A stretch of DNA of 18,185 bases from an uncultured bacterium (GTDB lineage: Bacteria > Hydrogenedentota > Hydrogenedentia > Hydrogenedentales > JAEUWI01): NCBI GenBank assembly GCA_963977445.1, contig CAXBPH010000132.1, forward strand, positions 1-18,185, written 5' to 3'. Below the pieces are notes generated by a model. The model was not told the origin of the DNA. It ran no database searches and saw nothing but the letters and a program-made list of their open reading frames with translations. Shown piece by piece: positions 9,770 through 17,674 of the stretch (position 1 is the first letter of the stretch; each line of letters begins with the position of its first letter). The position numbers were made by a program, and so were the translations under genes.

Positions 9770-11317
9770 ATGCAGGGAGTCGGCAAACCTGTCGTCGTAC
9801 TCGACTTTGGTGCCCAGTACAGTAAATTGATTGCCCGTCGTGTGCGGGAGGCCAATGTATACAGCCTCATTCTGCCTTACAGTATTTCGGCAGAAGACCT
9901 CAAAGCCCACGACCCCTCGGGCATCATCTTCAGTGGTGGTCCCGCCAGCGTACACGCGGCAGGTGCCCCCAAGCCTGATCCGGCCATTTTCGAGCTCGGC
10001 GTTCCCATCCTTGGCATCTGCTACGGCGTGCAACTCCTCGCCGATATGCTGGGGGGTAAGGTTGAAGCGGCCAATGAGCGTGAATACGGCATCGCCCATC
10101 TGACCCACGACGACCCCACGGGTTTCCTGGCAGACATCGATGAACAGGCCCAGGTCTGGATGAGTCACGGCGACAAGATCACCCTCCTGCCTGCCGGCTT
10201 CAAGGCCATCGGGCACACGGAAAACTCCCCCTTCGCGGCCATTGCGGACGCCGAAAATCGGCGCTATGGGGTCCAGTTTCACCCCGAAGTGGTCCACACG
10301 CCCCAGGGTGCCCGGATGCTCTCCAATTTCGTTCACAATGTGTGCGAATGCGACACGAGCTGGGACATGGGCTCCTTTGTCGACCTGGCCCTCGAGCAAA
10401 TCCGGGAACAGGTCGGTGATCGCAAGGTCTTATGCGGACTCAGCGGCGGCGTCGACTCCAGTGTCGCGGCAGCCCTCATCCACAAGGCTATTGGCGACAA
10501 CCTGACTTGCGTATTTGTAAATAATGGCCTCCTGCGCAAAGGAGAAGCCGATCTGGTCCAGCATGTATTCCGTGACAATTTCCACATCAATCTGGATTAT
10601 GTCGACGCGGAAGACCTCTTTCTGGATGCCCTCGAAGGCATTACGGAGCCGGAACAGAAGCGGAAGATTATCGGCAACCTTTTCGTCGAAGTCTTCGAAA
10701 AAGAAGCCACGCGACTGGGCCACATGGACTTCCTGGCCCAGGGAACGCTTTATCCCGACGTCATCGAATCCATTTCGGCCACGGGTGGCCCCTCGGTCAC
10801 CATCAAAAGCCACCACAATGTGGGCGGCCTGCCTGAAAAAATGAATATGGAATTGCTGGAGCCCCTCCGCGAGCTCTTCAAAGACGAAGTCCGCAATCTC
10901 GGCCGTGAACTCGGCTTGCCTGAGGACATCGTGGGCCGCCACCCCTTCCCCGGGCCCGGCCTTGGGGTGCGCTGTATCGGCGCCATTACCCGGGACCGTC
11001 TCGACACCCTCCGCGATGCGGACGCCATCTTCATTGATGAAATTCAGCGTGCGGGTCTCTATGACGACATCTGGCAGGCCCTCGTTTGTCTATTGCCCGT
11101 CCGTAGTGTGGGCGTGCAGGGTGACGAGCGCACCTACGAAGAAGTCTGCAGCCTCCGGGCCGTGACCTCCGAAGATGCCATGACCGCCGACTGGTTCCGC
11201 TTCCCGCCGGAAGTCCTCCAGCGGGTCAGCAACCGCATCTGCAATGAAGTAAAACACATTAACCGGGTCATGTATGACGTGACCTCCAAGCCCCCGGGCA
11301 CCATCGAGTGGGAATAG
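9770..11317 (+). CDS. guaA: GMP synthase (glutamine-hydrolysing)
   Basis: VLDFGAQY, GICYG, QFHPEV, SGGVDS, IKSHHN, HPFPGPG, KPPGTIEWE; RBS AAAGGA before the ATG at 9770. Confidence 0.99.
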   Translation: MQGVGKPVVVLDFGAQYSKLIARRVREANVYSLILPYSISAEDLKAHDPSGIIFSGGPASVHAAGAPKPDPAIFELGVPILGICYGVQLLADMLGGKVEAANEREYGIAHLTHDDPTGFLADIDEQAQVWMSHGDKITLLPAGFKAIGHTENSPFAAIADAENRRYGVQFHPEVVHTPQGARMLSNFVHNVCECDTSWDMGSFVDLALEQIREQVGDRKVLCGLSGGVDSSVAAALIHKAIGDNLTCVFVNNGLLRKGEADLVQHVFRDNFHINLDYVDAEDLFLDALEGITEPEQKRKIIGNLFVEVFEKEATRLGHMDFLAQGTLYPDVIESISATGGPSVTIKSHHNVGGLPEKMNMELLEPLRELFKDEVRNLGRELGLPEDIVGRHPFPGPGLGVRCIGAITRDRLDTLRDADAIFIDEIQRAGLYDDIWQALVCLLPVRSVGVQGDERTYEEVCSLRAVTSEDAMTADWFRFPPEVLQRVSNRICNEVKHINRVMYDVTSKPPGTIEWE

Positions 11318-11354
11318 GCACCCGCCACAATCAGGCAGGATAATAACGCGTAAT

Positions 11355-11423
11355 TCATGGGACATATGGGTCGGATGGGACCTACGCAGTCATAGGTCCC
11401 CGCAGGTCACCCAGGTCCCATGA
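11355..11423. repeat. Inverted array of degenerate 9-bp GGGAC repeats
   Basis: ATGGGACAT-ATGGGTCGG-ATGGGACCT followed by inverted ATAGGTCCC, GCAGGTCAC, CCAGGTCCC-AT. Confidence 0.7.
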
Positions 11424-11435
11424 TCGGCCCCGCAA

Positions 11436-12707
11436 ATGACCTCGTTTCTTATCCCCGTCCTGTTGGCGACTCTTGCCGCACCCAATGTGGTGTTCATTTC
11501 CGTGGACACCCTTCGGGCCGACCATCTTGGTGTCTATGGCTTTGCCCACAACACCTCGCCCAACATCGACCAATTGGCGAATCAATCCCTGCTTTTTGAA
11601 GACGCCATTTGCGAGCAGCCACAAACGGGACCCTCCCTCATGGCCATGCACAGCTCGCGCCTGCCCCGCGTCACGGGTGCTATCCGCAACGGCGTCCGCC
11701 TCCCCCCCACGACACCGACGGTGGCCATGGTTTTTCGAGATGGTGGCTACGACACCGCCGCGATTGTGAGCAATTGGAATCTCAAGGTAAACCTCTCGGG
11801 ACTTGATCGGGGATTTGCCCACTATGACGCCGATTTCGGAAAACGCTGGTTTGGCCGGGAACGACACGAGATGACCGCCGATGTGGTGACGAACCGGGCC
11901 CTCACGTGGTTGAAGGAGCGCGATTCAGAAAAGCCTTTTTTCTTCTGGGTCCACTACATGGATCCCCATGCGCCCTACAAGAAAAAACGGGGCTTCGAAG
12001 CCCAACTGCATGGCGATACCCAGGTAAAAAAGCAGGCTATCGATCCACCCGAGGAGCGCTACCAGACCGAAGTGGCCTTCGTGGACCAACAAATTAAGCG
12101 GCTGCTGGCGGCCCTGCCCGAAGAAGACACCTATATCGTATTTACCGCCGATCATGGGGAAAGTCTGGGCAACCACAACTACTGGGGCCACACCCGGTTC
12201 ATCTATCAGAACACCATGCACATCCCCCTCTTCATCCACGGACCTGGCATTGAAGCCGGGCGCAGCACCGCACCCGTCCGGGGTATCGATGTGGGCCCCA
12301 CGTTGCTCGGCCTGGCGGGCCTGCCTCCGCTTTCCACCATGACTGGCATGAACCTGCTCGACGAACAACCGGCGGCCAATACCCCGCGCATCTTCGAAAC
12401 CTACGGTGGAGACGTGCCTGGGGGGAAAAACGTTCGGGCAGCCCTCGCTACCCGCGCTCCCCGCCGTCAGGGAATCATTCAGGAAGGCTGGAAATTCATC
12501 CGAAATGAAGAGGGGAGCCGAGAGCTCTACCACATTGCGGCAGATCCCGCGGAAGAGAATAATGTCATCGAAGAACACCCAGAGCGGGCAGCGGACTTAG
12601 AGAGCCTACTCGAAACGTGGCACGAACAGACCCCCCGTAATCAGGCAACCGCCGAGGGCCTCTCGGAAGAAGACCTCCGCATGCTGGAAGCGAACGGCTA
12701 TTTGTAA
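11436..12707 (+). CDS. Sulfatase-like protein (alkaline phosphatase superfamily), Thr-type motif, probably exported
   Basis: PNVVFISVDTLRADHLG, FFWVHYMDPHAPY, TADHGE, ELYHIAADPAE, C-terminal LRMLEANGYL; TGPSL where CxPxR is expected; short hydrophobic N-terminus. Confidence 0.9.
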   Translation: MTSFLIPVLLATLAAPNVVFISVDTLRADHLGVYGFAHNTSPNIDQLANQSLLFEDAICEQPQTGPSLMAMHSSRLPRVTGAIRNGVRLPPTTPTVAMVFRDGGYDTAAIVSNWNLKVNLSGLDRGFAHYDADFGKRWFGRERHEMTADVVTNRALTWLKERDSEKPFFFWVHYMDPHAPYKKKRGFEAQLHGDTQVKKQAIDPPEERYQTEVAFVDQQIKRLLAALPEEDTYIVFTADHGESLGNHNYWGHTRFIYQNTMHIPLFIHGPGIEAGRSTAPVRGIDVGPTLLGLAGLPPLSTMTGMNLLDEQPAANTPRIFETYGGDVPGGKNVRAALATRAPRRQGIIQEGWKFIRNEEGSRELYHIAADPAEENNVIEEHPERAADLESLLETWHEQTPRNQATAEGLSEEDLRMLEANGYL

Positions 12708-12769
12708 ATGACAGTAGATGGTGGTCTGGGCAGGTGCTGTCAATCTTTCCGACCCTCAGACGGTTCCAC

Positions 12770-12799
12770 TGGACAGCGGCTCCATATAACATGTATACT
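12770..12799 (+). promoter_or_regulatory. Sigma-70 promoter of the globin gene
   Basis: TGGACA-18 nt-TATACT; the -10 lies inside the operator. Confidence 0.55.
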
Positions 12800-12810
12800 A
12801 AATACATCTT
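12788..12810. promoter_or_regulatory. NsrR-like (Rrf2 family) 11-1-11 operator
   Basis: AACATGTATAC-T-AAATACATCTT vs NsrR-type consensus AAGATG(C/T)ATTT-N-AAAT(G/A)CATCTT; right half-site is a perfect match. Confidence 0.8.
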
Positions 12811-12826
12811 AACAAGGAGGCACGCC

Positions 12827-13234
12827 ATGACCGCGACCGCAGAAGTAGAAATCGCCCTGAGGGACATTGAAAGCACCGACGATATCGAGCACCTCGTCAA
12901 TACTTTTTACGACCAGGCTCTTGATGATCCTGTCATCGGTTTTTTCTTCACCGATATCGCTCAAATAGATCTCCAGGCCCATTTGCCGAAAATGTATCGC
13001 TTCTGGTCCGCCCTGATTCTGGGCCTCCCCACCTACCAGGGGAATGCCTTCCTCCCCCATGCCGAAATCGCGGCGAAATCCCCCTTGGAAGCAAAGCATT
13101 TCGCCCGGTGGCTCAAACTGTTCTTCGGCACACTCGACGATCATTTCGAAGGTCCCAACGTCGAACTTGCCAAGAAACGCGCGCAGCACATCGCCACCGC
13201 CCTATCTGCAAAGCTGGCGGCACAGCAACGATAG
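12827..13234 (+). CDS. Group III truncated haemoglobin (2/2 globin, trHbP/Ctb-like)
   Basis: RBS AAGGAGG; DIEHLVNTFY, DPVIGFFF, HLPKMYRFW, YQGN..LPH, HFARWLKLF, F.GP...AKKRA..IA; 135 aa. Confidence 0.93.
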   Translation: MTATAEVEIALRDIESTDDIEHLVNTFYDQALDDPVIGFFFTDIAQIDLQAHLPKMYRFWSALILGLPTYQGNAFLPHAEIAAKSPLEAKHFARWLKLFFGTLDDHFEGPNVELAKKRAQHIATALSAKLAAQQR

Positions 13235-13236
13235 TG

Positions 13237-13322
13237 AGGGACAACTGAGACGACAGGGACTGCAGGGACAAGTTGAATCTTGCAGTCGCAATTCTAAATT
13301 CAACATTCTAAATTCTAAATTC
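13237..13322. repeat. Short tandem arrays: 4 x 9-mer (13237-13272) and ~5 x 7-mer (13290-13322)
   Basis: AGGGACAAC-TGAGACGAC-AGGGACTGC-AGGGACAAG; AATTCTA-AATTCAA-CATTCTA-AATTCTA-AATTC. Confidence 0.75.
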
Positions 13323-13424
13323 GTCGCTGCCTCTCCGCTTGAATAATCTCAGACCGCGCGCTACACTGCCCCGAACAATTTTCTTACCCATACCGGCAAT
13401 CGGGAACCAACGAGGCACTTATTC

Positions 13425-14729
13425 ATGAGCATGAAGAAAACATTTACCCGCCGCGGATTTTTGAAGGGCGCCGCCACTGCCGCCGCCGCCCCCATACTGC
13501 TTCCGGCGTGCACGACCACCCGCAACGCCCGCATGTACCCTGGCCCCAATGACATTATTAATGTCGCGGCCCTAGGTGTGGGCTGGCAGGGCACCAACAA
13601 TCTGGAAGGCTTCCTCAAGGATAAGAACTGCCGGGTCATCGCCGTGTGTGACGTGGACCAGGAACACCTGGCCAACTCCCAAAAGATGATCAACGCCACC
13701 TATGAAAACCAGGACTGTAAGACCTACAATAATTTCGAAGAAATGTATGACCGCGAGCCCATCGACGCCGTCAGTATCGCCCTGCCCGATCACTGGCATG
13801 CCATCCCCGCTATCGCGGCCGCAGAAAAAGGCTTCGATATGTATGGCGAAAAGCCCTTCTCCCACTCCTGGGCCGAAGGCCGGGCCATGGTAGACGCTAT
13901 CGAGAAAAACAATTGCATCTGGCAAACCGGAAGCTGGCAACGTTCGGTGGAAAATTTTCACCATACTTCCGAACTCGTAATCAACGGACACATTGGCAAA
14001 GTTCACCGGGTCGAAGTGGGACTCCACGATGGCTATTCCGACTATGCCGACACGGGAAATCTCACGGCCTTTGGACCGCCCCCGGCCATACTCGATTATG
14101 ACCGCTGGCTCGGACCTGCGGAAGTCGCCCCCTATTGCCCGGCACGGGTCCACAAGAACTGGCGCTGGATTATGGCCTACGGCGGCGGGCGCATCATGGA
14201 TTGGTGCGGCCACCACGTCGACATCGCCCACTGGGGCCTCGGATTTGATCGCACCGGCCCCGTCAGTGCCGAAGGCACCGGGGTGATTCCTGATATCCAC
14301 AGTCTCTGGGATGCACCCACTGAATATGACGTGAACTGCATCTATGCCAATGGCACCGTCATCAATGTGAGCAGCAAAAACGCCGGTGGCACCAAGTGGA
14401 TTGGTGAGAATGGCTGGATTTATGTCAACCGGGGCACCACCGAAGCTAGTGACCCGAAAATCCTGGAGCACGTAACGGGTGACAATGAAATCCACCTCTA
14501 CAAGAGCAAAAACCACATCAGCAACTTCCTCGAATGCATACGCAGCCGGGAAGAAACCATCACCCCGGCGGAAGTCGCCCACCGCTCTGCCTCGGTCGGC
14601 CACCTCTGTAACGCCGCCATCTACACGGGCCGCAAAGTAAACTGGGATCCCGACGCCGAAGTCGTTATCGGTGACGAAGAAGCCTCCGCCATGATGTTCC
14701 CGACCTATCGGAAGCCCTGGACCCTGTAG
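13425..14729 (+). CDS. Tat-exported Gfo/Idh/MocA family oxidoreductase
   Basis: TRRGFLK twin-arginine signal, Rossmann GVGWQG, PDHWH, YGEKP, QTGSWQRS, GGGRIMDWCGH. Confidence 0.95.
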   Translation: MSMKKTFTRRGFLKGAATAAAAPILLPACTTTRNARMYPGPNDIINVAALGVGWQGTNNLEGFLKDKNCRVIAVCDVDQEHLANSQKMINATYENQDCKTYNNFEEMYDREPIDAVSIALPDHWHAIPAIAAAEKGFDMYGEKPFSHSWAEGRAMVDAIEKNNCIWQTGSWQRSVENFHHTSELVINGHIGKVHRVEVGLHDGYSDYADTGNLTAFGPPPAILDYDRWLGPAEVAPYCPARVHKNWRWIMAYGGGRIMDWCGHHVDIAHWGLGFDRTGPVSAEGTGVIPDIHSLWDAPTEYDVNCIYANGTVINVSSKNAGGTKWIGENGWIYVNRGTTEASDPKILEHVTGDNEIHLYKSKNHISNFLECIRSREETITPAEVAHRSASVGHLCNAAIYTGRKVNWDPDAEVVIGDEEASAMMFPTYRKPWTL

Positions 14730-14747
14730 CACCCGCCTTACCATTGT

Positions 14748-14788
14748 AATGGCCGACAGGACTCCCCGTTTTGTCGGCCATTTTTTTT
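14748..14788 (+). terminator. Rho-independent terminator
   Basis: AATGGCCGACAGGAC/GTTTTGTCGGCCATT stem running into a T8 tract. Confidence 0.85.
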
Positions 14789-14821
14789 GCAAGCCCCACC
14801 TTCGAATCAAAGAAGCTGTCT

Positions 14822-14857
14822 GGGTGGCACGGACAAGTCTGCAAGACTTGCCCGTGG
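14822..14857. repeat. Isolated REP-like palindrome
   Basis: GGGTGG-CACGGACAAGTCT-GCA-AGACTTGCCCGTG. Confidence 0.55.
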
Positions 14858-14974
14858 AATTTGTTGAGTACCACGGGACAGATTCCGATTGCAACGTGTC
14901 GTGAGGTTTTGCATTCGTGTTGTCAATTAATCGGTAACTGTACCCAAGAAACCTGATTCAGCAGGGTGGATGAT

Positions 14975-15148
14975 CGTAGGTTAGGCGTCCCCGCCTGACC
15001 CGCCACGATGGTTCTTTTCCAGAAGCAGCCCTGAAATCAAAAGGGGCGACGAGTTCCAATGGTTGTAATTGAGCAGAACTTTTGATGACCCGGGCTGTTA
15101 GCTCGTATCAGCGCGAACTGCGGGTCAGGCGCGGACGCCTAACCTACG
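14975..15148. repeat. Inverted pair of GTAG-type REP sequences (REPIN-like; 14975-15003 and 15120-15148)
   Basis: CGTAGGTTAGGCGTCCCCGCCTGACCCGC and an inverted copy, 28/29 identical; GTAG foot followed by an imperfect palindrome. Confidence 0.85.
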
Positions 15149-15203
15149 TTGGTGGACTTCAGGCCGCTGGGCGGCAATTCCGTCCTCATCCACCGCAGCC
15201 CGA

Positions 15204-15232
15204 TTGACAGACGAGACGATTCGTGGTAGCCT
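15204..15232 (+). promoter_or_regulatory. Sigma-70 promoter for the small ORF/cohesin cluster
   Basis: TTGACA-17 nt-TAGCCT with TGn extension. Confidence 0.6.
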
Positions 15233-15252
15233 TCAATCGAGAGGGATGTTAA

Positions 15253-15714
15253 ATGGGAACGATACGGACAGCTATATGGGTCACCCTGTTTGCTCTGCTT
15301 GCCAACGCAGGCAGCGGATCAGGTGTTGCACTCGTGCGCCCCGTCGCCATGGATGGGGACGCTTCTGTTTGTGCGGCCCAATCGGTTATTGCGGCCATGC
15401 TGGCCCCGGGACACGCTCCCGCCCCCCTCGATGTATGCCTGCTGCAACGGACGCTGGATACGGCCTCCGATGAAGAAAGCACGGCAACGCACCAGGAAGA
15501 TACGCCACTTTTTGGCACCCTTTCGCAGGGAACTACGCCTGACATCAAACTTGTGCCCATTGTGTACGATTTCATCACTTTGGCCGATCTGGCACCCCAG
15601 AAGGACGGCGGGCTCCAGCGGGCACTGGACTATGTTCCGCCCCCCGAATGCTTGCCTTCTGGCCACTTCCGCAGCGGCCTGCGCACTCCCAACGCTCCAC
15701 CCCATCACGCCTGA
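15253..15714 (+). CDS. Small exported hypothetical protein ending LRTPNAPPHHA (possible regulatory leader)
   Basis: Promoter and GAGGG RBS upstream; N-terminal signal/TM (IRTAIWVTLFALLANAG); Pro-rich C-terminus. Confidence 0.6.
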   Translation: MGTIRTAIWVTLFALLANAGSGSGVALVRPVAMDGDASVCAAQSVIAAMLAPGHAPAPLDVCLLQRTLDTASDEESTATHQEDTPLFGTLSQGTTPDIKLVPIVYDFITLADLAPQKDGGLQRALDYVPPPECLPSGHFRSGLRTPNAPPHHA

Positions 15715-15854
15715 GGGCTTCGGTCTCCGATAGCCCTTCGACCCGCCTTGCCTCTGGTGCACGGCGCGTCGATACTCCGTTCCCGGTGTAGGATGAATCA
15801 TTGATGGCACGCCCGCTAATTCGGCGGATTCGTGTAGATGAATTCGAGGTGGAT

Positions 15855-17045
15855 ATGATAAACCTGATGCGTAGACTTCGCCACGGCGTGGCTCCCCTGT
15901 TGTGGGGCCTTGGCAGTCTCGCCCTCTTGCTGGTTGCCAGCGCCATGTGCTCCTATGTGGCCCTGGCGGCGGTGGTGAGTCTCCAGCCACCCGCGAACAA
16001 CGAGGCCGTGCTCCGCATCCCCGTGATAGTCACCGGCGAAGCCGACGAAGTGCTCTCGGGGCTCCAGTTTGATGTGGACTATGACACCAACCAGTTTACG
16101 CTGGAAGGCATCGAGCCCGGTGCTGCAGCGCAGGATGCCGGTAAAGAGACGATACTTTCCGAGCCATCGCCCGGCACCGGTCGCGTTCTCATCACAGGCT
16201 TCAACAACAATGGTCTTATTGACGGCCACGTGGCCACCCTCATACTGCGACCTCGCGTGGCCCATGCCGACGGTGACCAAATCTCCCTGGGTAATTTCCT
16301 GGCCACCGACCCCTTTGGGAACTCCGTACCCTTCGACTACGAAAATACCTACGACTACCCGCCGAAGCCACCGGAAAAAGTGAATGCCAATCAGAGCGAA
16401 ACAACAGACGAGGGTGGGGCAGCGGAAAACACCGATATCGTGGATGATGGCGAAGTGTTCGGGACAACGGAGCCCACCACACCCGCGCCAGATCGCCGCA
16501 CCGATACGTCGGTGCTGACCAGTCTCGACGGTGACCTCGGAACGGGCACTGCGGGGACCACAACGACACCTCGCAACAACGATACGGCCTCTCCAAAAAA
16601 CCACACCACCGTCGTATCAACATCCGCCCCGTCGGCCGCACGACGACCCGGTGAACGCAGTGGCGGCGGTGTACCAACGGCCTACTCTATCCGCGTTCGC
16701 ACACCGTCGAATGCCCGATCCGGTTCCTCAGCCACGAGCAGAATATCGACGGAAAAAAATTCAACATTTGCCGCCCGAGACACCGCAGTGGAGTTCTCGA
16801 CCGCTCCTGACCTGCCAGAAACACTGCTCGCCCTCTATGTGTCGCCCGCCGATGCGGCCGCGAGGCAAACACCTCCCGTCACCGCGCAGGCCGATTGGTT
16901 TTCGGATGCCTCACCCCTGCAGCCGTTGGGTAAAATTCATCCTGCGGGCCTACTCTTATTTGTTGTGTTCTTCCTGGGATTCGCCGCACTACACCAACGC
17001 CTCTTTCGTCGTATTTCGGCCGTATCGCGGAGGCAACGACCATGA
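15855..17045 (+). CDS. Cohesin-like domain protein with long Thr/Ser/Pro-rich linker and C-terminal membrane anchor
   Basis: RBS GAGGTG before the ATG at 15855; signal peptide; IPVIV..LSGLQFDVDYD..GRVLITGFN..DGHVATL..ATDPFGN; C-terminal TM + Arg-rich tail. Confidence 0.8.
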   Translation: MINLMRRLRHGVAPLLWGLGSLALLLVASAMCSYVALAAVVSLQPPANNEAVLRIPVIVTGEADEVLSGLQFDVDYDTNQFTLEGIEPGAAAQDAGKETILSEPSPGTGRVLITGFNNNGLIDGHVATLILRPRVAHADGDQISLGNFLATDPFGNSVPFDYENTYDYPPKPPEKVNANQSETTDEGGAAENTDIVDDGEVFGTTEPTTPAPDRRTDTSVLTSLDGDLGTGTAGTTTTPRNNDTASPKNHTTVVSTSAPSAARRPGERSGGGVPTAYSIRVRTPSNARSGSSATSRISTEKNSTFAARDTAVEFSTAPDLPETLLALYVSPADAAARQTPPVTAQADWFSDASPLQPLGKIHPAGLLLFVVFFLGFAALHQRLFRRISAVSRRQRP

Positions 17046-17674
17046 ACGACCTAATCACGCGAGCCCTATCGCTCTGCCTGTTCATTGCCTGTTCCGCAGC
17101 GACCTATGGCGCAAGCCTGGGCCTCCAGACCACGGCCGAGGGAACGGGCGGGACCGTGGACGTCCCCATTCAGCTTAGCGTTTCAGACACCGAAGCTGTG
17201 GCAGGCCTTCAGTTTGACCTCCGCTTTGACGCGGCCGCACTGCGCTTCGTTGAGGTTCATACCGGCGACGCCGCAACGTTGGCAGAGAAATCGGTACACT
17301 CTAATCTCATACGGGCAGACCAGTTGCGCGTCATTGTGGCGGGTCTGAACAGGACGACTATGGACAGCGGGCCTATCGCCGTGGCCCGCTTTGAATCAAT
17401 CGCCGGCCCTGTGGCCACAACGACCCTATCCATGGAACATGGTATATTGAGCGACCCCTATGGCACCCCGATCCCCGTGACGCTGACACCGAGCACCCTA
17501 CTTCTCGAGTCCCACGGGGAAACCTTGCAGGCAAGCATGGCAACCGGCACGGTCCAGCCCGATGGCGCGCGAAACCCCTACGAAAGCTACCGTGCCCTTA
17601 TCATCGCCCTGCTCTGCGTTGCGGCCACCATCACGTGGGCCCGTCTCACACCGAAGAAGCAGAGGCGCCGATGA
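17042..17674 (+). CDS. Cohesin-like domain protein with C-terminal membrane anchor
   Basis: ATGA overlap with the upstream gene; signal peptide; VDVPIQL..VAGLQFDLRFD..LRVIVAGLN..SGPIA..LSDPYGT; TM + KKQRRR. Confidence 0.85.
   Translation: MNDLITRALSLCLFIACSAATYGASLGLQTTAEGTGGTVDVPIQLSVSDTEAVAGLQFDLRFDAAALRFVEVHTGDAATLAEKSVHSNLIRADQLRVIVAGLNRTTMDSGPIAVARFESIAGPVATTTLSMEHGILSDPYGTPIPVTLTPSTLLLESHGETLQASMATGTVQPDGARNPYESYRALIIALLCVAATITWARLTPKKQRRR

Noticed and set aside
12734..12826. N-terminal extension of the globin ORF
   Set aside because: This region holds the promoter and operator; a strong AAGGAGG precedes ATG 12827
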